DNA from: an uncultured Pseudomonadota bacterium
Lineage (GTDB): Bacteria > Myxococcota_A > UBA796 > JAFGLY01
Direction of reading: 5' to 3'
NCBI GenBank assembly: GCA_937912125.1
Contig: CALDOK010000192.1
Coordinates: 15,146 to 79,145 of the forward strand
DNA: 64,000 nt
Part shown: piece after piece, positions 18,048 to 28,318 of the stretch
Numbering within the stretch: the stretch's first letter is position 1
Layout of the letters: each line of letters begins with the position of its first letter
Position numbers and translations under genes: made by a program
Notes under the pieces: generated by a model
The model's database searches: none
Told to the model about the DNA's origin: nothing
Seen by the model: only the letters and a program-made list of their open reading frames with translations

Positions 18048-19223
18048 CTAGCGGAGGGAGGCGGTGCCGAGCACGCCGATGGACACCACTGACTCGACGT
18101 AGGACTTCGAGGCTGGATTGGCGGTCCACTCGATGATGTAGCGGTACATGTAGACGGCGACCAGCGTGCCGGGGGCGTAGGCGCTGAGGGAGGAGGCGGG
18201 GATGGTGATGGAGCCGTTGTCGTAGTCGCGACACAGCACGGTGCCGATGTAGTTTCCTGAGGTTCCGTCGTACATGCCGAGCATCGCAACGAAGGTGCCT
18301 GTCACGCCGAAGGGGCTGTAGGAGATCGTGGTGCCCTGGCGGCTCATCTGGGCATCGAAGGCGCAGTAGTTGGTACAGGTTCCGCCCAGGAAGCGCGGCG
18401 TGGCGACGTACAGCAGCTCGTTGGGGGTCACGCTGGTGATCATCTGCCCCGTTGTCACCGCGTCCACGATGGTGAACGGACCCCAGTCGCCGCCGTCAGC
18501 CGCTTCGAGGTCGTAGGCGGTGTTGCGCTGGAAGTCGCTGTCGGTGAGCGAGCCTGCATCGTACTGGGCTTGGCCCCCCACGGTGGTGCGGGTGAGCGTG
18601 AGGCTGCGGCTGCCCGCCGTGAGGTGGATGTTGGTGCCGATGTCCAGGTAGCTCGATGCCGGGGGCGTGTTGCTCGGGTTGGACACGCAGCTGCCAGGGT
18701 CGGGCAGCCAGGAGGTCCAGGTGGTGGCCGTGGCATTGTGGAACGCCGCGAACGCGCTGACCTGGGGCGATGTGGCGCCGAAGCACTCGGTGCAGGCGAT
18801 CTGCAGGTGGCTGAACTCCACCACGCCGCCCACGCCGTCGATGTCGCCGCCCGAGGTGTCGTCGGGGATGACACTGTCGCTGAAGGTGTAGCCGCCCGGG
18901 ACGGTCACCTCGCCCAGGCTCGAGCGCACCACCACGTCGACCTCGAGCTCCATGCCCGCGTTGGGGGCGGTGACGGTGATGGCGCCGCCGTCCAGGATGG
19001 TGGCGTCCACCACGGCATTGCCGAAGCTCACGCTGACCGTGCCCTCGAAGCCGCCGCCGGTGATGGTGACCAGGTTGCCGCCGGCGGTGGGCCCATAGTG
19101 CGGATCCACGTCGCCTACCCACAGGCCCTCGGGACCCGAGTCGACGTTGGGCGCCAGGAACAGATCACCGCAGCCGCCCAGGGCGGGCGCCAACAGGATC
19201 AGCGCCAGGAGCCAGGACCTCAT
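18048..19223 (-). CDS. IPT/TIG-domain lipoprotein
   Basis: Lipobox ALGGC; VDPHYGPTAGGNLVTITGGGF...VSFG...ITVTAP...GYTF is an IPT/TIG signature; ATGA overlap with the upstream gene. Confidence 0.85.
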   Translation of the reverse strand: MRSWLLALILLAPALGGCGDLFLAPNVDSGPEGLWVGDVDPHYGPTAGGNLVTITGGGFEGTVSVSFGNAVVDATILDGGAITVTAPNAGMELEVDVVVRSSLGEVTVPGGYTFSDSVIPDDTSGGDIDGVGGVVEFSHLQIACTECFGATSPQVSAFAAFHNATATTWTSWLPDPGSCVSNPSNTPPASSYLDIGTNIHLTAGSRSLTLTRTTVGGQAQYDAGSLTDSDFQRNTAYDLEAADGGDWGPFTIVDAVTTGQMITSVTPNELLYVATPRFLGGTCTNYCAFDAQMSRQGTTISYSPFGVTGTFVAMLGMYDGTSGNYIGTVLCRDYDNGSITIPASSLSAYAPGTLVAVYMYRYIIEWTANPASKSYVESVVSIGVLGTASLR

Positions 19224-20311
19224 TCGGCGGTGTCCCCTCCCATGCTGCCCAGGGGGTCGTAGATGAAGTAGCCGACGCCCGACTCGCCGCCCCAGGTGTC
19301 GGTGACCCACAGGTGGATGCGGTCGCCTACGCGGTTGGCCGCCACGGCACCGACCTCGCCTTGCGGGGTCTGGTTGATGGGGATGCGCTCTTGCTGGACC
19401 TCCCAGGTGTCGCCGTCGCTCGAGGTGGCCCAGCCCAGGAACATCTGGCTGGAGGTCTGGTACCCGACGTTGACCTCCCAGTCACCGAAGCCCACGAAGA
19501 ACATGTACCAGGAGCCCGCCAGCTCCACGACTGCGGTGCTGATGAAGCCCTCGTCGTACCAGGAGTTCGGGGGGCCCGCGGGGATCATCTGGCGTTCCCC
19601 CATGGTCCAGGAGAGGCCATCGGCGGACGACATGGCATACATCGAGCACGCGGTCTCGCCCATGTTGTAGCCGGCGACGTAGCCCTTGTAGCCGCCCACG
19701 GTGCCCAGGCTCAGCCCCAGGGGCCAGCAGCCGTTCACCATGCCGCCCGAAGAGGGATTGACCAGGTCGAAGACCGGGTCGGAGAGCTCCCAGTCGAGGC
19801 CGTCCACGGACGACGCGGTGCCGAGCTTCCACTCGCTGCCCACCACGTTGTACCCACCGTAGAGGATCAGGTACTGCATGGCGGTGGGGTCCCAGACCAC
19901 CTGCATGCCCTGCATCCCGTCGTGGTTCCAGGCCCGGAAGTCCTCGGGTTCCTCCAGCAGCGGGTTCGAGGGGTAGGGTGTCCAGGTGGTGCCGTCGTCG
20001 CTGATGGCGTAGCCCAGGCCGTAGTCGCCGTACTCGCTGCCTACGGGCGCCCCGATGTACCACATCTGGTAGAAGGGGTGCCCCACGACCTCGGTGACGT
20101 TGAAGGTGGTGTTGCCGATGGCCCCTGCCCAGGTCTCGCCCGAGGTGGTGAAGACCGGGTTGCAGTCGTACGAGTAGAAGTCCGAGTCCAGGACGCGGGT
20201 GAAGTCGCACTCGGTGACGTCGCCGGGGTCGATGTCAGGTGGCGCTGGGATCACCTCGTAGTCGGACGGACAACCGGTCAAGACGAGCGCGAGAACCAGG
20301 GTTGGGCGCAT
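19220..20311 (-). CDS. Lipoprotein with a five-bladed beta-propeller glycosidase-like fold (GH32/43/130-like)
   Basis: Lipobox VLTGC; repeated Asp-box-like motifs AISDDGTTW, ASSVDGLDW, MSSADGLSW, ATSSDGDTW; GGAGG RBS. Confidence 0.75.
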   Translation of the reverse strand: MRPTLVLALVLTGCPSDYEVIPAPPDIDPGDVTECDFTRVLDSDFYSYDCNPVFTTSGETWAGAIGNTTFNVTEVVGHPFYQMWYIGAPVGSEYGDYGLGYAISDDGTTWTPYPSNPLLEEPEDFRAWNHDGMQGMQVVWDPTAMQYLILYGGYNVVGSEWKLGTASSVDGLDWELSDPVFDLVNPSSGGMVNGCWPLGLSLGTVGGYKGYVAGYNMGETACSMYAMSSADGLSWTMGERQMIPAGPPNSWYDEGFISTAVVELAGSWYMFFVGFGDWEVNVGYQTSSQMFLGWATSSDGDTWEVQQERIPINQTPQGEVGAVAANRVGDRIHLWVTDTWGGESGVGYFIYDPLGSMGGDTAE

Positions 20312-20455
20312 GGGGCCTCCAGGTCGGCATCTCCATTGAGGATAGCGGCTCCCATGGCCGCTGGCCACGGCCTGGGACGCCGTGGTGCACGCTGGCAGGC
20401 GCGCTGCGGCTGCAATACTGCTTCGGAGAGCTGCGCGCGCTGCGCTGGAGGCACG

Positions 20456-22480
20456 GTGATCGGAAGTCGATTCGGGCGGTACCGCGTAGAGCAAGAGCTC
20501 GGCAGAGGCGACTTCGGGGTCACCTGCCGGGCGGTGGATGTGGAGGGCTCGGGTCGCGAGCTGGCCTTCAAGGTCGCCCACGCCCACCTGTGCCAGGACG
20601 ATCTCTTCCAGGCCCTGCTGGAGCGCGAGTGCGCGCCCCTGCGGGGCCTGCGGCATCCGGGCATCGCCGCCTTCCAGGGCCTGACGGCCGAGGGCGGGCA
20701 GCTGGTGGCCGCCCGCGAGCTGGTGGCGGGCGAGGATCTGCGACGCGTGATCGCGCGGGGGCGCGTACCTGTGGAGCACGTGCCCGGCCTGCTCGAGCTG
20801 GCCCTGCGCGCCCTGGCCCATGCCCACCAGCAGCGGGTGATCCACGGCGACATCAGCCCCACCAACATCTTCTGGTGCTACGACGGCAGCCTGCGGCTGA
20901 CCGACTTCGGCCTGGCCAGGGCCGTCCATGTGGCCGAGGCCACCCGCACCGGCGCACCCTCGGGCCACGCCGACTACATGGCGCCCGAGCTGGCTGAGGG
21001 CGTGCAGAGCGCGCGCTCGGACCTCTACTCCATCGGCCTGATCGCCTACGAGTGTCTGGTCGGGCACCCCGCCTGCGAGCCTGGCGACGCCGCGAGCAAG
21101 GCCGCGTGGCATCGCAACAAGGGCCTGCCCGACCCTCGCGTCGAGCAGCCCGACTGCCCTGACTGGCTCGCTCGAGTCCTGATGCAGCTGGCGGCCATCG
21201 AGCCCTCCACCCGGCCCAAGGACGCCGATGCGGCGCTGATGCTGCTGCGGCCGGTGCGGGCGCCCACCGTCGGCGACTCCAACCTGGAGCCGTCCACCCA
21301 GATCGGCTCGTCGTCTTCGGGCTTGGTGCCTCCGCCTCCCCCGGAGCGCACGCCTCCCGCCCCGCCGACCATCGAGCGCCCCGTGCTGGAAGACACCGTG
21401 GCCACCACGGCCCCCGAGGGCTTCGGCGGCGGCGGATTCAGCGCCAGCGCCGGCTTCGGAACCGGCGGCGGCTTCGGTCGCACCGTCACCGAGGCTCCCC
21501 CGGCCAGCGCTCCCTCGGCCCCGCTATCGTCCAGCCCCGGCCTGCCTTCGCCTCCTCTCGCAACTGGGGCCCCGGTCTCGGCCACCGCCGCTGCCGGGGT
21601 GGCCGCGCCCCGCGTGCCGGCCTCCGCCAGCGCCCGCGGCGTGGATCGTCGGCTCGACCCTCCCACCGCCCAGGAGCGGGCGCTCGCGGCCAAGCGGGAG
21701 CGAATCCGGGTCGCCGTGTTCTGGTCCGTGGCTGTAGGGGTCCTGCTGGTCAGCGTCGTGGCCTTCGTGGGCTACCGGGCCATCGAGGCCCGGCGCTTGG
21801 CTGCGGCGAGGGCCACAGGTCCCGACTTCGATCCCGAGCTGCTGCTGGGTGGGGGCTACGACCGCTACGGCGAGCCGCCGGAGGTCGAGAAGCCCGGTGG
21901 TGGTGGCCGGTCCAGCGCGGGGAACGACGATGACGTGGCTGCCACCGATCCCAACGCCAAGGCTGCGGTCCAGCAGCGTCCGGCCGCTGGCGCCAACGAC
22001 GAGCGCTACCTCTTGGGAGGAGGGGCCGAGGCCACGGGTGAGTATGGTCACCTCAGCCTGTCCTCCAACCCCATCGGCGCACGCATCTGGGTCGACAACC
22101 AGGAGCTGGGCTACACGCCCCTCGAGGCCCACAGCCTGCGCGAAGGGCGCCATGTGGTGCGCCTCGAGCTCGAGGGCTTCGCCTGGTCCAGCCAGGCGGT
22201 CGAGGTGCGCCGCGGCGAGCTTGTGGATCTGGGCAACGTCACCCTCGAGCGCGAGGTGGTCGCGGCTGGGCCGGTGCTGCTGTGGAGCGTCGAGCTCGAG
22301 GGCTCCAGCGTCTTCGTAGACGGCACCCACGCCGGCAGGATGCCTGTGGTGGTCGAGATGACCCCTGGGCCCCACACCTTCTTCGTGCAGCCCAGTCAGG
22401 GAGAGCCGATCGAGCTCGAGCTCATCGCCTACCCCGGCACGGACGACGACCCAGGCCGTCTCCAGTTGGAACCGCGCTGA
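20456..22480 (+). CDS. Membrane Ser/Thr protein kinase with C-terminal PEGA domains
   Basis: GTG after GGAGG; GRGDFG, AFK, HGDISPTN, DFG, YMAPE; Pro/Ala linker, one TM, then SNPIGARIWVDNQELGYTP (PEGA). Confidence 0.9.
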   Translation: MIGSRFGRYRVEQELGRGDFGVTCRAVDVEGSGRELAFKVAHAHLCQDDLFQALLERECAPLRGLRHPGIAAFQGLTAEGGQLVAARELVAGEDLRRVIARGRVPVEHVPGLLELALRALAHAHQQRVIHGDISPTNIFWCYDGSLRLTDFGLARAVHVAEATRTGAPSGHADYMAPELAEGVQSARSDLYSIGLIAYECLVGHPACEPGDAASKAAWHRNKGLPDPRVEQPDCPDWLARVLMQLAAIEPSTRPKDADAALMLLRPVRAPTVGDSNLEPSTQIGSSSSGLVPPPPPERTPPAPPTIERPVLEDTVATTAPEGFGGGGFSASAGFGTGGGFGRTVTEAPPASAPSAPLSSSPGLPSPPLATGAPVSATAAAGVAAPRVPASASARGVDRRLDPPTAQERALAAKRERIRVAVFWSVAVGVLLVSVVAFVGYRAIEARRLAAARATGPDFDPELLLGGGYDRYGEPPEVEKPGGGGRSSAGNDDDVAATDPNAKAAVQQRPAAGANDERYLLGGGAEATGEYGHLSLSSNPIGARIWVDNQELGYTPLEAHSLREGRHVVRLELEGFAWSSQAVEVRRGELVDLGNVTLEREVVAAGPVLLWSVELEGSSVFVDGTHAGRMPVVVEMTPGPHTFFVQPSQGEPIELELIAYPGTDDDPGRLQLEPR

Positions 22481-22689
22481 CGCCCGACGCGCGCCCTGGC
22501 GACCCCCGCTGAGCGGCCCAGCGCGTGCCCGCGAGATGTGTCCGAAGTGACAAGTTGCACCATCGATATGGTCGATGTCGCAGATTGTCTGAGATCCAGG
22601 TGGATCACGGGATTCCACTGCTGTATAGTAGCGATGACCGCAGTGGCGCGCTGCGCGAAGCGTACGTACACCTCCAGGGAGGCACCCAG

Positions 22690-24588
22690 ATGTCCACCAA
22701 GACCCTCACCATCCTCGCTTCTGTCGCCCTCATCGGCTGTCAGGGCGCAGGCTCCACCCTCGATCAAGAGATCGGCCGCATCGGTGGCTTCGTCTACGAT
22801 CTCGATGGCAACCCGGTCGCCGACGTCACCGTCGAAGTCCAGGGCCTCGAGGCCACGACGAACGCCAGCGGCTACTACCAGCTGGGCGACATCCTGCCTG
22901 CCTCGGCGATCCCGGTGACCTTCCACAAGGACGGCTACGCCACGGGCTATTCCCGCGCCGAGCTGATCTCTTGGGAGTTCGTGTCGGTCAATGGCACCAT
23001 CATGCCCATCGACGGCACCGCCACCTTCGACGCCTCCGTCGGCGGCACGGTGGAGATCGAAGGCGTGAGCATCACCTTCGCCTCCGACAACATCCTCACC
23101 ACCAGCGGCGAACTCTACACGGGCGAAGTGGTCGTCTCCTCCACCCACGTCAACCCGCACACCTCCGAGATCCTCGGCGCCCCCGGCGACCTCACCGCTT
23201 GGCGCAAGGTCACCGACGCGGGCAAGGACGACAGCTACACCCTCAACCAGCTGGTCTCCTACGGCATGATCAACGTCACCCTCGAGACCCCCGAGGGCGA
23301 AGAGGTCGAGGTCGATCCCACCCAGCCGGTCGATGTGTCCATGCCCATCGACAACGGCGAGTACCCCGACGTGTACCGCCTCGATGTCGGCGACACCAAC
23401 GACGTGTGGTCCTTCGACCCTGAGCTGTCCCGCTGGGTGGACGACGGCGTGGGCACCATCGCCGAGACCGATGATGGCCTGGCCTTCGAGTTCCAGGCGT
23501 CCCACTTCTCCTGGTGGAACTGCGACCAGGGCTACGTGCCCACCTGCGCCACCGGCTACGTCTACGACGTGCTGGACTTCCCGGTCCGCTCCGCCGAGGT
23601 CACCTGCACGGGCTCTCAGACCAACTCCACGGTCTACACCGACGAGAACGGTCTGTACGTCTGCACCGTCATGGTGGGCGACACCATCAACGTCACCGCC
23701 ACCACCACCGTGGGTGGCCGCAACTGGTCCGAGACCGAGGGCGGCGTCTACCTCTACGGCTACGGCTCCTCCGCTGCCGATTGCCAGCCCATCGACGATC
23801 TGGACATCCAGGTCTGCCGTGAGACCGGCGTCATCACCGGTGGCAACTTCACCGCCTCCTCCGGAAAGGGCGGCGAAGAGTACCAGGTCGACCTCATCGA
23901 GGCCGCCTTCTGGGAGCCTCAGGGCGACCCCATCCTCTGCGAGGATCCCTGGAACTCGCTGGACGACAACGAGTGCACCATGGCCCACCCCGACGAGGTC
24001 GAGAAGTGGGTCGACAATGGCGACACCATGGTCGAGGCCTACGAAGATGGCCGCTCGGTCGGTGACCACCTGACCATCAGCACCTCTCGCGAGAACTTCG
24101 AGATGGACCGCGACTACCTCGACGGCAAGCCCTGGTACCGCTGGGACGAGTACGAAGAGGAAGGCATCTTCGAGGACAACGACGACATCGACATCCAGGC
24201 CCCGGGCGATCGCGGCGACTACATGGGCAGCTTCTCCAAGGAGAACTTCACCCGTATGCCTCCCGCCACCCACGTGGCCCCTGGTGAGTACGAGGGCACC
24301 TACGACGGCGGCAGCCTGGACGTCGAGTACGATGGCGCCAACAACGACGCCAATGGTGTCGTGGTCTTCGTAGCCTCTGAGAACGCCTACGAGGACGAGA
24401 CCTGCATGTGTCGGTTCAATGATGACGGCAAGATCTCGGTGCCCTCGAACTACATGAACCAGCTCGACAGGGGCATGGGTGCCATCACGATCGCCCACCT
24501 CGAGAACCACTGGACGGAAGGCCCCGATGGCCTGCCCATCCGCGTGCAGCTGTTCTCCGGCACCATGATGTCGGTAGACTTCGAGTAG
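22690..24588 (+). CDS. Acidic lipoprotein with carboxypeptidase-regulatory-like beta-sandwich domains
   Basis: GGGAGG RBS; lipobox ALIGC; GFVYDLDGNPVADVTV...TTNASGYY; HFSWWNCD motif; strongly biased codon usage. Confidence 0.82.
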   Translation: MSTKTLTILASVALIGCQGAGSTLDQEIGRIGGFVYDLDGNPVADVTVEVQGLEATTNASGYYQLGDILPASAIPVTFHKDGYATGYSRAELISWEFVSVNGTIMPIDGTATFDASVGGTVEIEGVSITFASDNILTTSGELYTGEVVVSSTHVNPHTSEILGAPGDLTAWRKVTDAGKDDSYTLNQLVSYGMINVTLETPEGEEVEVDPTQPVDVSMPIDNGEYPDVYRLDVGDTNDVWSFDPELSRWVDDGVGTIAETDDGLAFEFQASHFSWWNCDQGYVPTCATGYVYDVLDFPVRSAEVTCTGSQTNSTVYTDENGLYVCTVMVGDTINVTATTTVGGRNWSETEGGVYLYGYGSSAADCQPIDDLDIQVCRETGVITGGNFTASSGKGGEEYQVDLIEAAFWEPQGDPILCEDPWNSLDDNECTMAHPDEVEKWVDNGDTMVEAYEDGRSVGDHLTISTSRENFEMDRDYLDGKPWYRWDEYEEEGIFEDNDDIDIQAPGDRGDYMGSFSKENFTRMPPATHVAPGEYEGTYDGGSLDVEYDGANNDANGVVVFVASENAYEDETCMCRFNDDGKISVPSNYMNQLDRGMGAITIAHLENHWTEGPDGLPIRVQLFSGTMMSVDFE

Positions 24589-24607
24589 TCCCTCCCTTCG
24601 CGCCATG

Positions 24608-24640
24608 ACAGCCCGGGGCTTCGGCCTCGGGCTGTTTGCT
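24608..24640 (+). terminator. Probable intrinsic terminator
   Basis: 12-bp stem ACAGCCCGGGGC-TTCG-GCCTCGGGCTGT (one G-U pair, cUUCGg loop) followed by TTGCTT, 20 nt after the stop. Confidence 0.7.
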
Positions 24641-24751
24641 TAGGGGAGTTGGTGGCGGGGATCGCCATGTTCACAGCCCGCGGCATTCGGATCTTTCACT
24701 CGGCGCGGAGCGTGATAGGGGCCGCGCTCACTTTCGCGATCGTGGTGGTTC

Positions 24752-26302
24752 ATGTCAGAGCGTTCCGTGAACGAGCAGCTCCGTGGGCTCAGGCAGCAAG
24801 CGCGCCTTGGCGGTGGTGCCAAGCGCATCGAAGCTCAGCATGGCAAGGGCAAGCTCACCGCCCGTGAGCGCGTCGAGCTGCTGCTGGATCCCGGCTCCTT
24901 CGAGGAGCTGGACTTGCTGGTGGAGCATCGCTGCACCGACTTCGGGATGGAGTCCAAGCACTTCGCCGGTGATGGCGTTGTGGCCGGCTACGGCACGGTC
25001 GGTGGGCGGATGATCTTCGTCTTCGCGCAGGACTTCACCGTCCTGGGCGGCTCGCTGTCCGAGACCCACGCGGCCAAGATCTGCAAGGTCCAGGACATGG
25101 CGGCCAAGATGGGCTGTCCGATCATCGGCCTGAACGACTCGGGCGGTGCCCGCATCCAGGAGGGCGTCGCGGCACTGGGCGGCTACGCCGACATCTTCCT
25201 GCGCAACACCATGGCCTCGGGGCTCGTGCCCCAGCTCACCGGCATCATGGGGCCCTGCGCCGGTGGGGCGGTCTATTCGCCAGCGCTCACCGACTTCATC
25301 GTGATGGTCGAGAACTCTTCCTACATGTTCATCACCGGCCCCAAGGTGGTGAAGACCGTACTCAACGAGGTGGTCAGCTCCGAGCAGCTGGGAGGGGCTG
25401 TGGCCCACGCCACCCGCAGCGGCGTGGCGCACTTCACCGCCCCCGGCGACGGGCAGGCAATCGCGCTGCTCCGCCAGCTGCTGAGCTACATGCCGCAGAA
25501 CAACATGGAAGATCCTCCGGTGGTCCCCACCGACGATCCCCCGGATAGGGCGGATGCCTCCCTGGACACCGTCGTCCCCGAGGACCCCAACCTCCCCTAC
25601 GACATCCGGCTGGTCATCGGCAGCGTCGCTGACCGTGGCTCGTTCCTCGAGGTCCAGGCGGCCTGGGCACCCAACATCGTGGTGGGCTTCGCTCGACTCG
25701 ATGGCCGCAGCGTGGGCATCATCGCCAACCAGCCGCAGCACCTGGCCGGTGTGCTCGACATCAAGGCGAGCATCAAGGCGGCTCGCTTCATCCGCTTCTG
25801 CGACGCCTTCAACATCCCCTTGCTCACCTTCGTGGACGTGCCCGGCTTCCTGCCCGGGACCGCCCAGGAGCACGGCGGCATCATCCTGCACGGGGCAAAG
25901 CTCATCTACGCTTACTCCGAGGCTACGGTCCCAAAGGTCACCGTCATCACCCGCAAGGCCTATGGCGGCGCCTACTGTGTGATGTCCTCCAAGCACCTTC
26001 GGGGCGACGTCAACCTGGCCTGGCCCACCGCCGAGATCGCGGTCATGGGCCCCAAGGGTGCGGTGGAGATCGTCTTCCGCAACGAGCTCAAGGCCGCCGA
26101 CGACATGGCCACGCGCCAGGCCGAGCTCGAGCAGGACTACAAGGACAAGTTCGCCAACCCCTACGTGGCGGCTCGCCGGGGCTACGTCGATGACGTGATC
26201 CAGCCCCGCAGCACCCGGAGGGCGGTCATCCGGGCCCTGCGCATGTTGGCCACCAAGAAGGACACGAACCCCGTGAAGAAGCACGGCAACATCCCCCTCT
26301 AG
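24752..26302 (+). CDS. mmdA: Acyl-CoA carboxyltransferase subunit (methylmalonyl-CoA decarboxylase alpha / PccB-like)
   Basis: [44 protein letters not shown] and KKHGNIPL; operon context. Confidence 0.85.
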   Translation: MSERSVNEQLRGLRQQARLGGGAKRIEAQHGKGKLTARERVELLLDPGSFEELDLLVEHRCTDFGMESKHFAGDGVVAGYGTVGGRMIFVFAQDFTVLGGSLSETHAAKICKVQDMAAKMGCPIIGLNDSGGARIQEGVAALGGYADIFLRNTMASGLVPQLTGIMGPCAGGAVYSPALTDFIVMVENSSYMFITGPKVVKTVLNEVVSSEQLGGAVAHATRSGVAHFTAPGDGQAIALLRQLLSYMPQNNMEDPPVVPTDDPPDRADASLDTVVPEDPNLPYDIRLVIGSVADRGSFLEVQAAWAPNIVVGFARLDGRSVGIIANQPQHLAGVLDIKASIKAARFIRFCDAFNIPLLTFVDVPGFLPGTAQEHGGIILHGAKLIYAYSEATVPKVTVITRKAYGGAYCVMSSKHLRGDVNLAWPTAEIAVMGPKGAVEIVFRNELKAADDMATRQAELEQDYKDKFANPYVAARRGYVDDVIQPRSTRRAVIRALRMLATKKDTNPVKKHGNIPL

Positions 26303-26307
26303 CCCCC

Positions 26308-26748
26308 ATGGTCTCCATGCAGCTCAACAGCTGGTTGTCGACACAGGCCACGCCGCCTGTCGCCGAGCCCACCCTGCGGGGGCTCGAGGCCATCGCTGCC
26401 GCCGACGGTTGGATGGTGGCGCTGGTGGGCATGAGCATCGTCTTCGTCGCGCTCTTCCTGCTCTTCCTGGTGATGGTCGGGCTGCGTCGGGCGCTCGAGC
26501 CCCGGCTTGCGTCCCGCCCGAGGGCTCCTGCCCCCGCATCCGCTCCGGTCCAAGACAGCCCATCCGCAGGTCCTCCCAGCCTGTCACCCAAGCTCGTGGC
26601 TGCCGTCGCCACCGCCATCAGGCTCGAGCAGCGGCGTCAGGCGGCCTCCATGCACTCGCCTCAGAGCGTCGCCGGCTCCGGCTGGGTGGCCGCTCGCAGC
26701 CTGCAGTGGGCCTCCCACCAGCAGATCTTCCTCCGCCCCCGCCGTTGA
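26308..26748 (+). CDS. mmdD: OadG-family membrane subunit (decarboxylase delta/gamma)
   Basis: LVGMSIVFVALFLL TM segment, Pro/Ala linker, LVAAVATAI and a conserved W near the C-terminus. Confidence 0.8.
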   Translation: MVSMQLNSWLSTQATPPVAEPTLRGLEAIAAADGWMVALVGMSIVFVALFLLFLVMVGLRRALEPRLASRPRAPAPASAPVQDSPSAGPPSLSPKLVAAVATAIRLEQRRQAASMHSPQSVAGSGWVAARSLQWASHQQIFLRPRR

Positions 26749-26764
26749 GAAGGGAGAGCACACC

Positions 26765-27187
26765 ATGGCTACGTGGAACATCGAGATCGACGGAACCAGC
26801 TTCGAGGTGGACGTGCAGTCCCTCGAGGCCGGCCGGGCGACCGTCATGGTCGACGGTCAGCACTACGACGTGGGCTGGGTCGAGCCCGAGGGCGCCAGTC
26901 CGGTGGTCAGCCCGGCCCCGCAGGCCGCCTATGCCCCCTCGGCGGCTGCTCCCGCCGTCGCCAGGCAGGCGCCCAAGGGCGTGGTGGCGTCGCCGCTGCC
27001 TGGGCTCGTGCTCGAGCTCCTGGTCAAGCAGGGCGACACTGTCCAGAGCGGCGATGTCGTGGCCAAGATCGAGGCCATGAAGATGGCCAACGAGGTGCGC
27101 TGCAACCTGGCGGGCACCGTCACCGAGGTCGTCGTCCGGGCCGGTGACACGGTGGACGAGGGCGCCCACCTGCTGCGCATCGGGTAG
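26765..27187 (+). CDS. mmdC: Biotin carboxyl carrier subunit
   Basis: SPLPG...EAMKMANE biotinylation motif; AGGGAG RBS. Confidence 0.88.
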   Translation: MATWNIEIDGTSFEVDVQSLEAGRATVMVDGQHYDVGWVEPEGASPVVSPAPQAAYAPSAAAPAVARQAPKGVVASPLPGLVLELLVKQGDTVQSGDVVAKIEAMKMANEVRCNLAGTVTEVVVRAGDTVDEGAHLLRIG

Positions 27188-27193
27188 CCCGCC

Positions 27194-28318
27194 ATGGAGA
27201 TGCTCGCCGACCTCTACTACTTCACAGGCTTCGGGCAGCTGGATCCGCGGCACCTGATCATGATCGCCGTGGGCCTGATCTTCATCGCCCTGGGCATCGT
27301 GAAGCACTACGAGCCGCTGCTGTTGGTGCCCATCGGCTTCGGCGTCCTGGTGGGAAACATCCCCTTCGCCCCCGAGATGACCCTGGGCATCTACCAGGAC
27401 GGCTCGGTGCTCAATTACCTCTACTTCGGGGTCATCAAGGGCATCTACCCGCCGCTGATCTTCCTGGGCATCGGCGCCATGACCGACTTCAGCGCCCTGC
27501 TGTCCAACCCCAAGCTGGTGCTGCTGGGGGGCGCGGCCCAGGTGGGCATCTTCGTCACCTTGATTGGCGCGCTGTTCATCGGGTTCACGCCGGCCGAAGC
27601 CGGCGCCATCGGGATCATCGGTGGTGCGGACGGCCCCACGGCTATCTTCCTGTCGTCGCAGCTGGCCCTGCACCTGCTGGGTCCCATCGCCATCTCCGCC
27701 TACTCCTACATGGCGCTGGTGCCTGTGATCCAGCCGCCCATCATGAAGCTGCTCACCACCCGCAAGGAGCGGCTGATCCGTATGAAGCCGCCCGGACAGG
27801 TGAGCAAGCGGGTCAAGATCGTCTTCCCCATCGTCACCTTCCTGGTCTGTGCCTTCATCGCGCCGGGCGCCATCGCGCTGCTGGGGATGCTCTGCTTCGG
27901 CAACCTGCTCAAGGAGTGCGGGGTCACCGATCGCCTGGCGGCCACGGCGCGCACCTCGTTCATCGACGCTGTCACGATCCTGCTGGGGCTCACGGTGGGG
28001 GCCAGCACCCAGGCCGACGTCTTCCTGACCTGGAAGTCGGTGGCCATCTTCGCGCTGGGCGCGGCCAGCTTCGCGGTGGCCACCGCCGGTGGGGTGATCT
28101 TCGCCAAGCTGATGAACCTGGTGCTGAAGGACAAGCTCAACCCCCTGGTGGGCGCCGCGGGGGTCTCTGCTGTGCCTGACTCTGCCCGGGTGGTCCAGAT
28201 GGTGGGCATCGAGGAAGACCCGAGCAACCACCTGCTGATGCATGCCATGGGGCCCAATGTGGCAGGCGTGATCGGGTCGGCTGTGGCTGCGGGGGTGCTG
28301 TGGGGGGTCCTGACTTAG
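27194..28318 (+). CDS. mmdB: Na+-translocating decarboxylase beta subunit
   Basis: YEPLLLVPIGFG, IGIIGGADGPT, AYSYMAL, GVSAVP and HAMGPNVAGVIGSA. Confidence 0.92.
   Translation: MEMLADLYYFTGFGQLDPRHLIMIAVGLIFIALGIVKHYEPLLLVPIGFGVLVGNIPFAPEMTLGIYQDGSVLNYLYFGVIKGIYPPLIFLGIGAMTDFSALLSNPKLVLLGGAAQVGIFVTLIGALFIGFTPAEAGAIGIIGGADGPTAIFLSSQLALHLLGPIAISAYSYMALVPVIQPPIMKLLTTRKERLIRMKPPGQVSKRVKIVFPIVTFLVCAFIAPGAIALLGMLCFGNLLKECGVTDRLAATARTSFIDAVTILLGLTVGASTQADVFLTWKSVAIFALGAASFAVATAGGVIFAKLMNLVLKDKLNPLVGAAGVSAVPDSARVVQMVGIEEDPSNHLLMHAMGPNVAGVIGSAVAAGVLWGVLT

Noticed and set aside
19313-20455. Long N-terminal extension of the kinase ORF
   Set aside because: Antisense to the beta-propeller lipoprotein; GGAGG + GTG at 20456 directly precedes kinase subdomain I.
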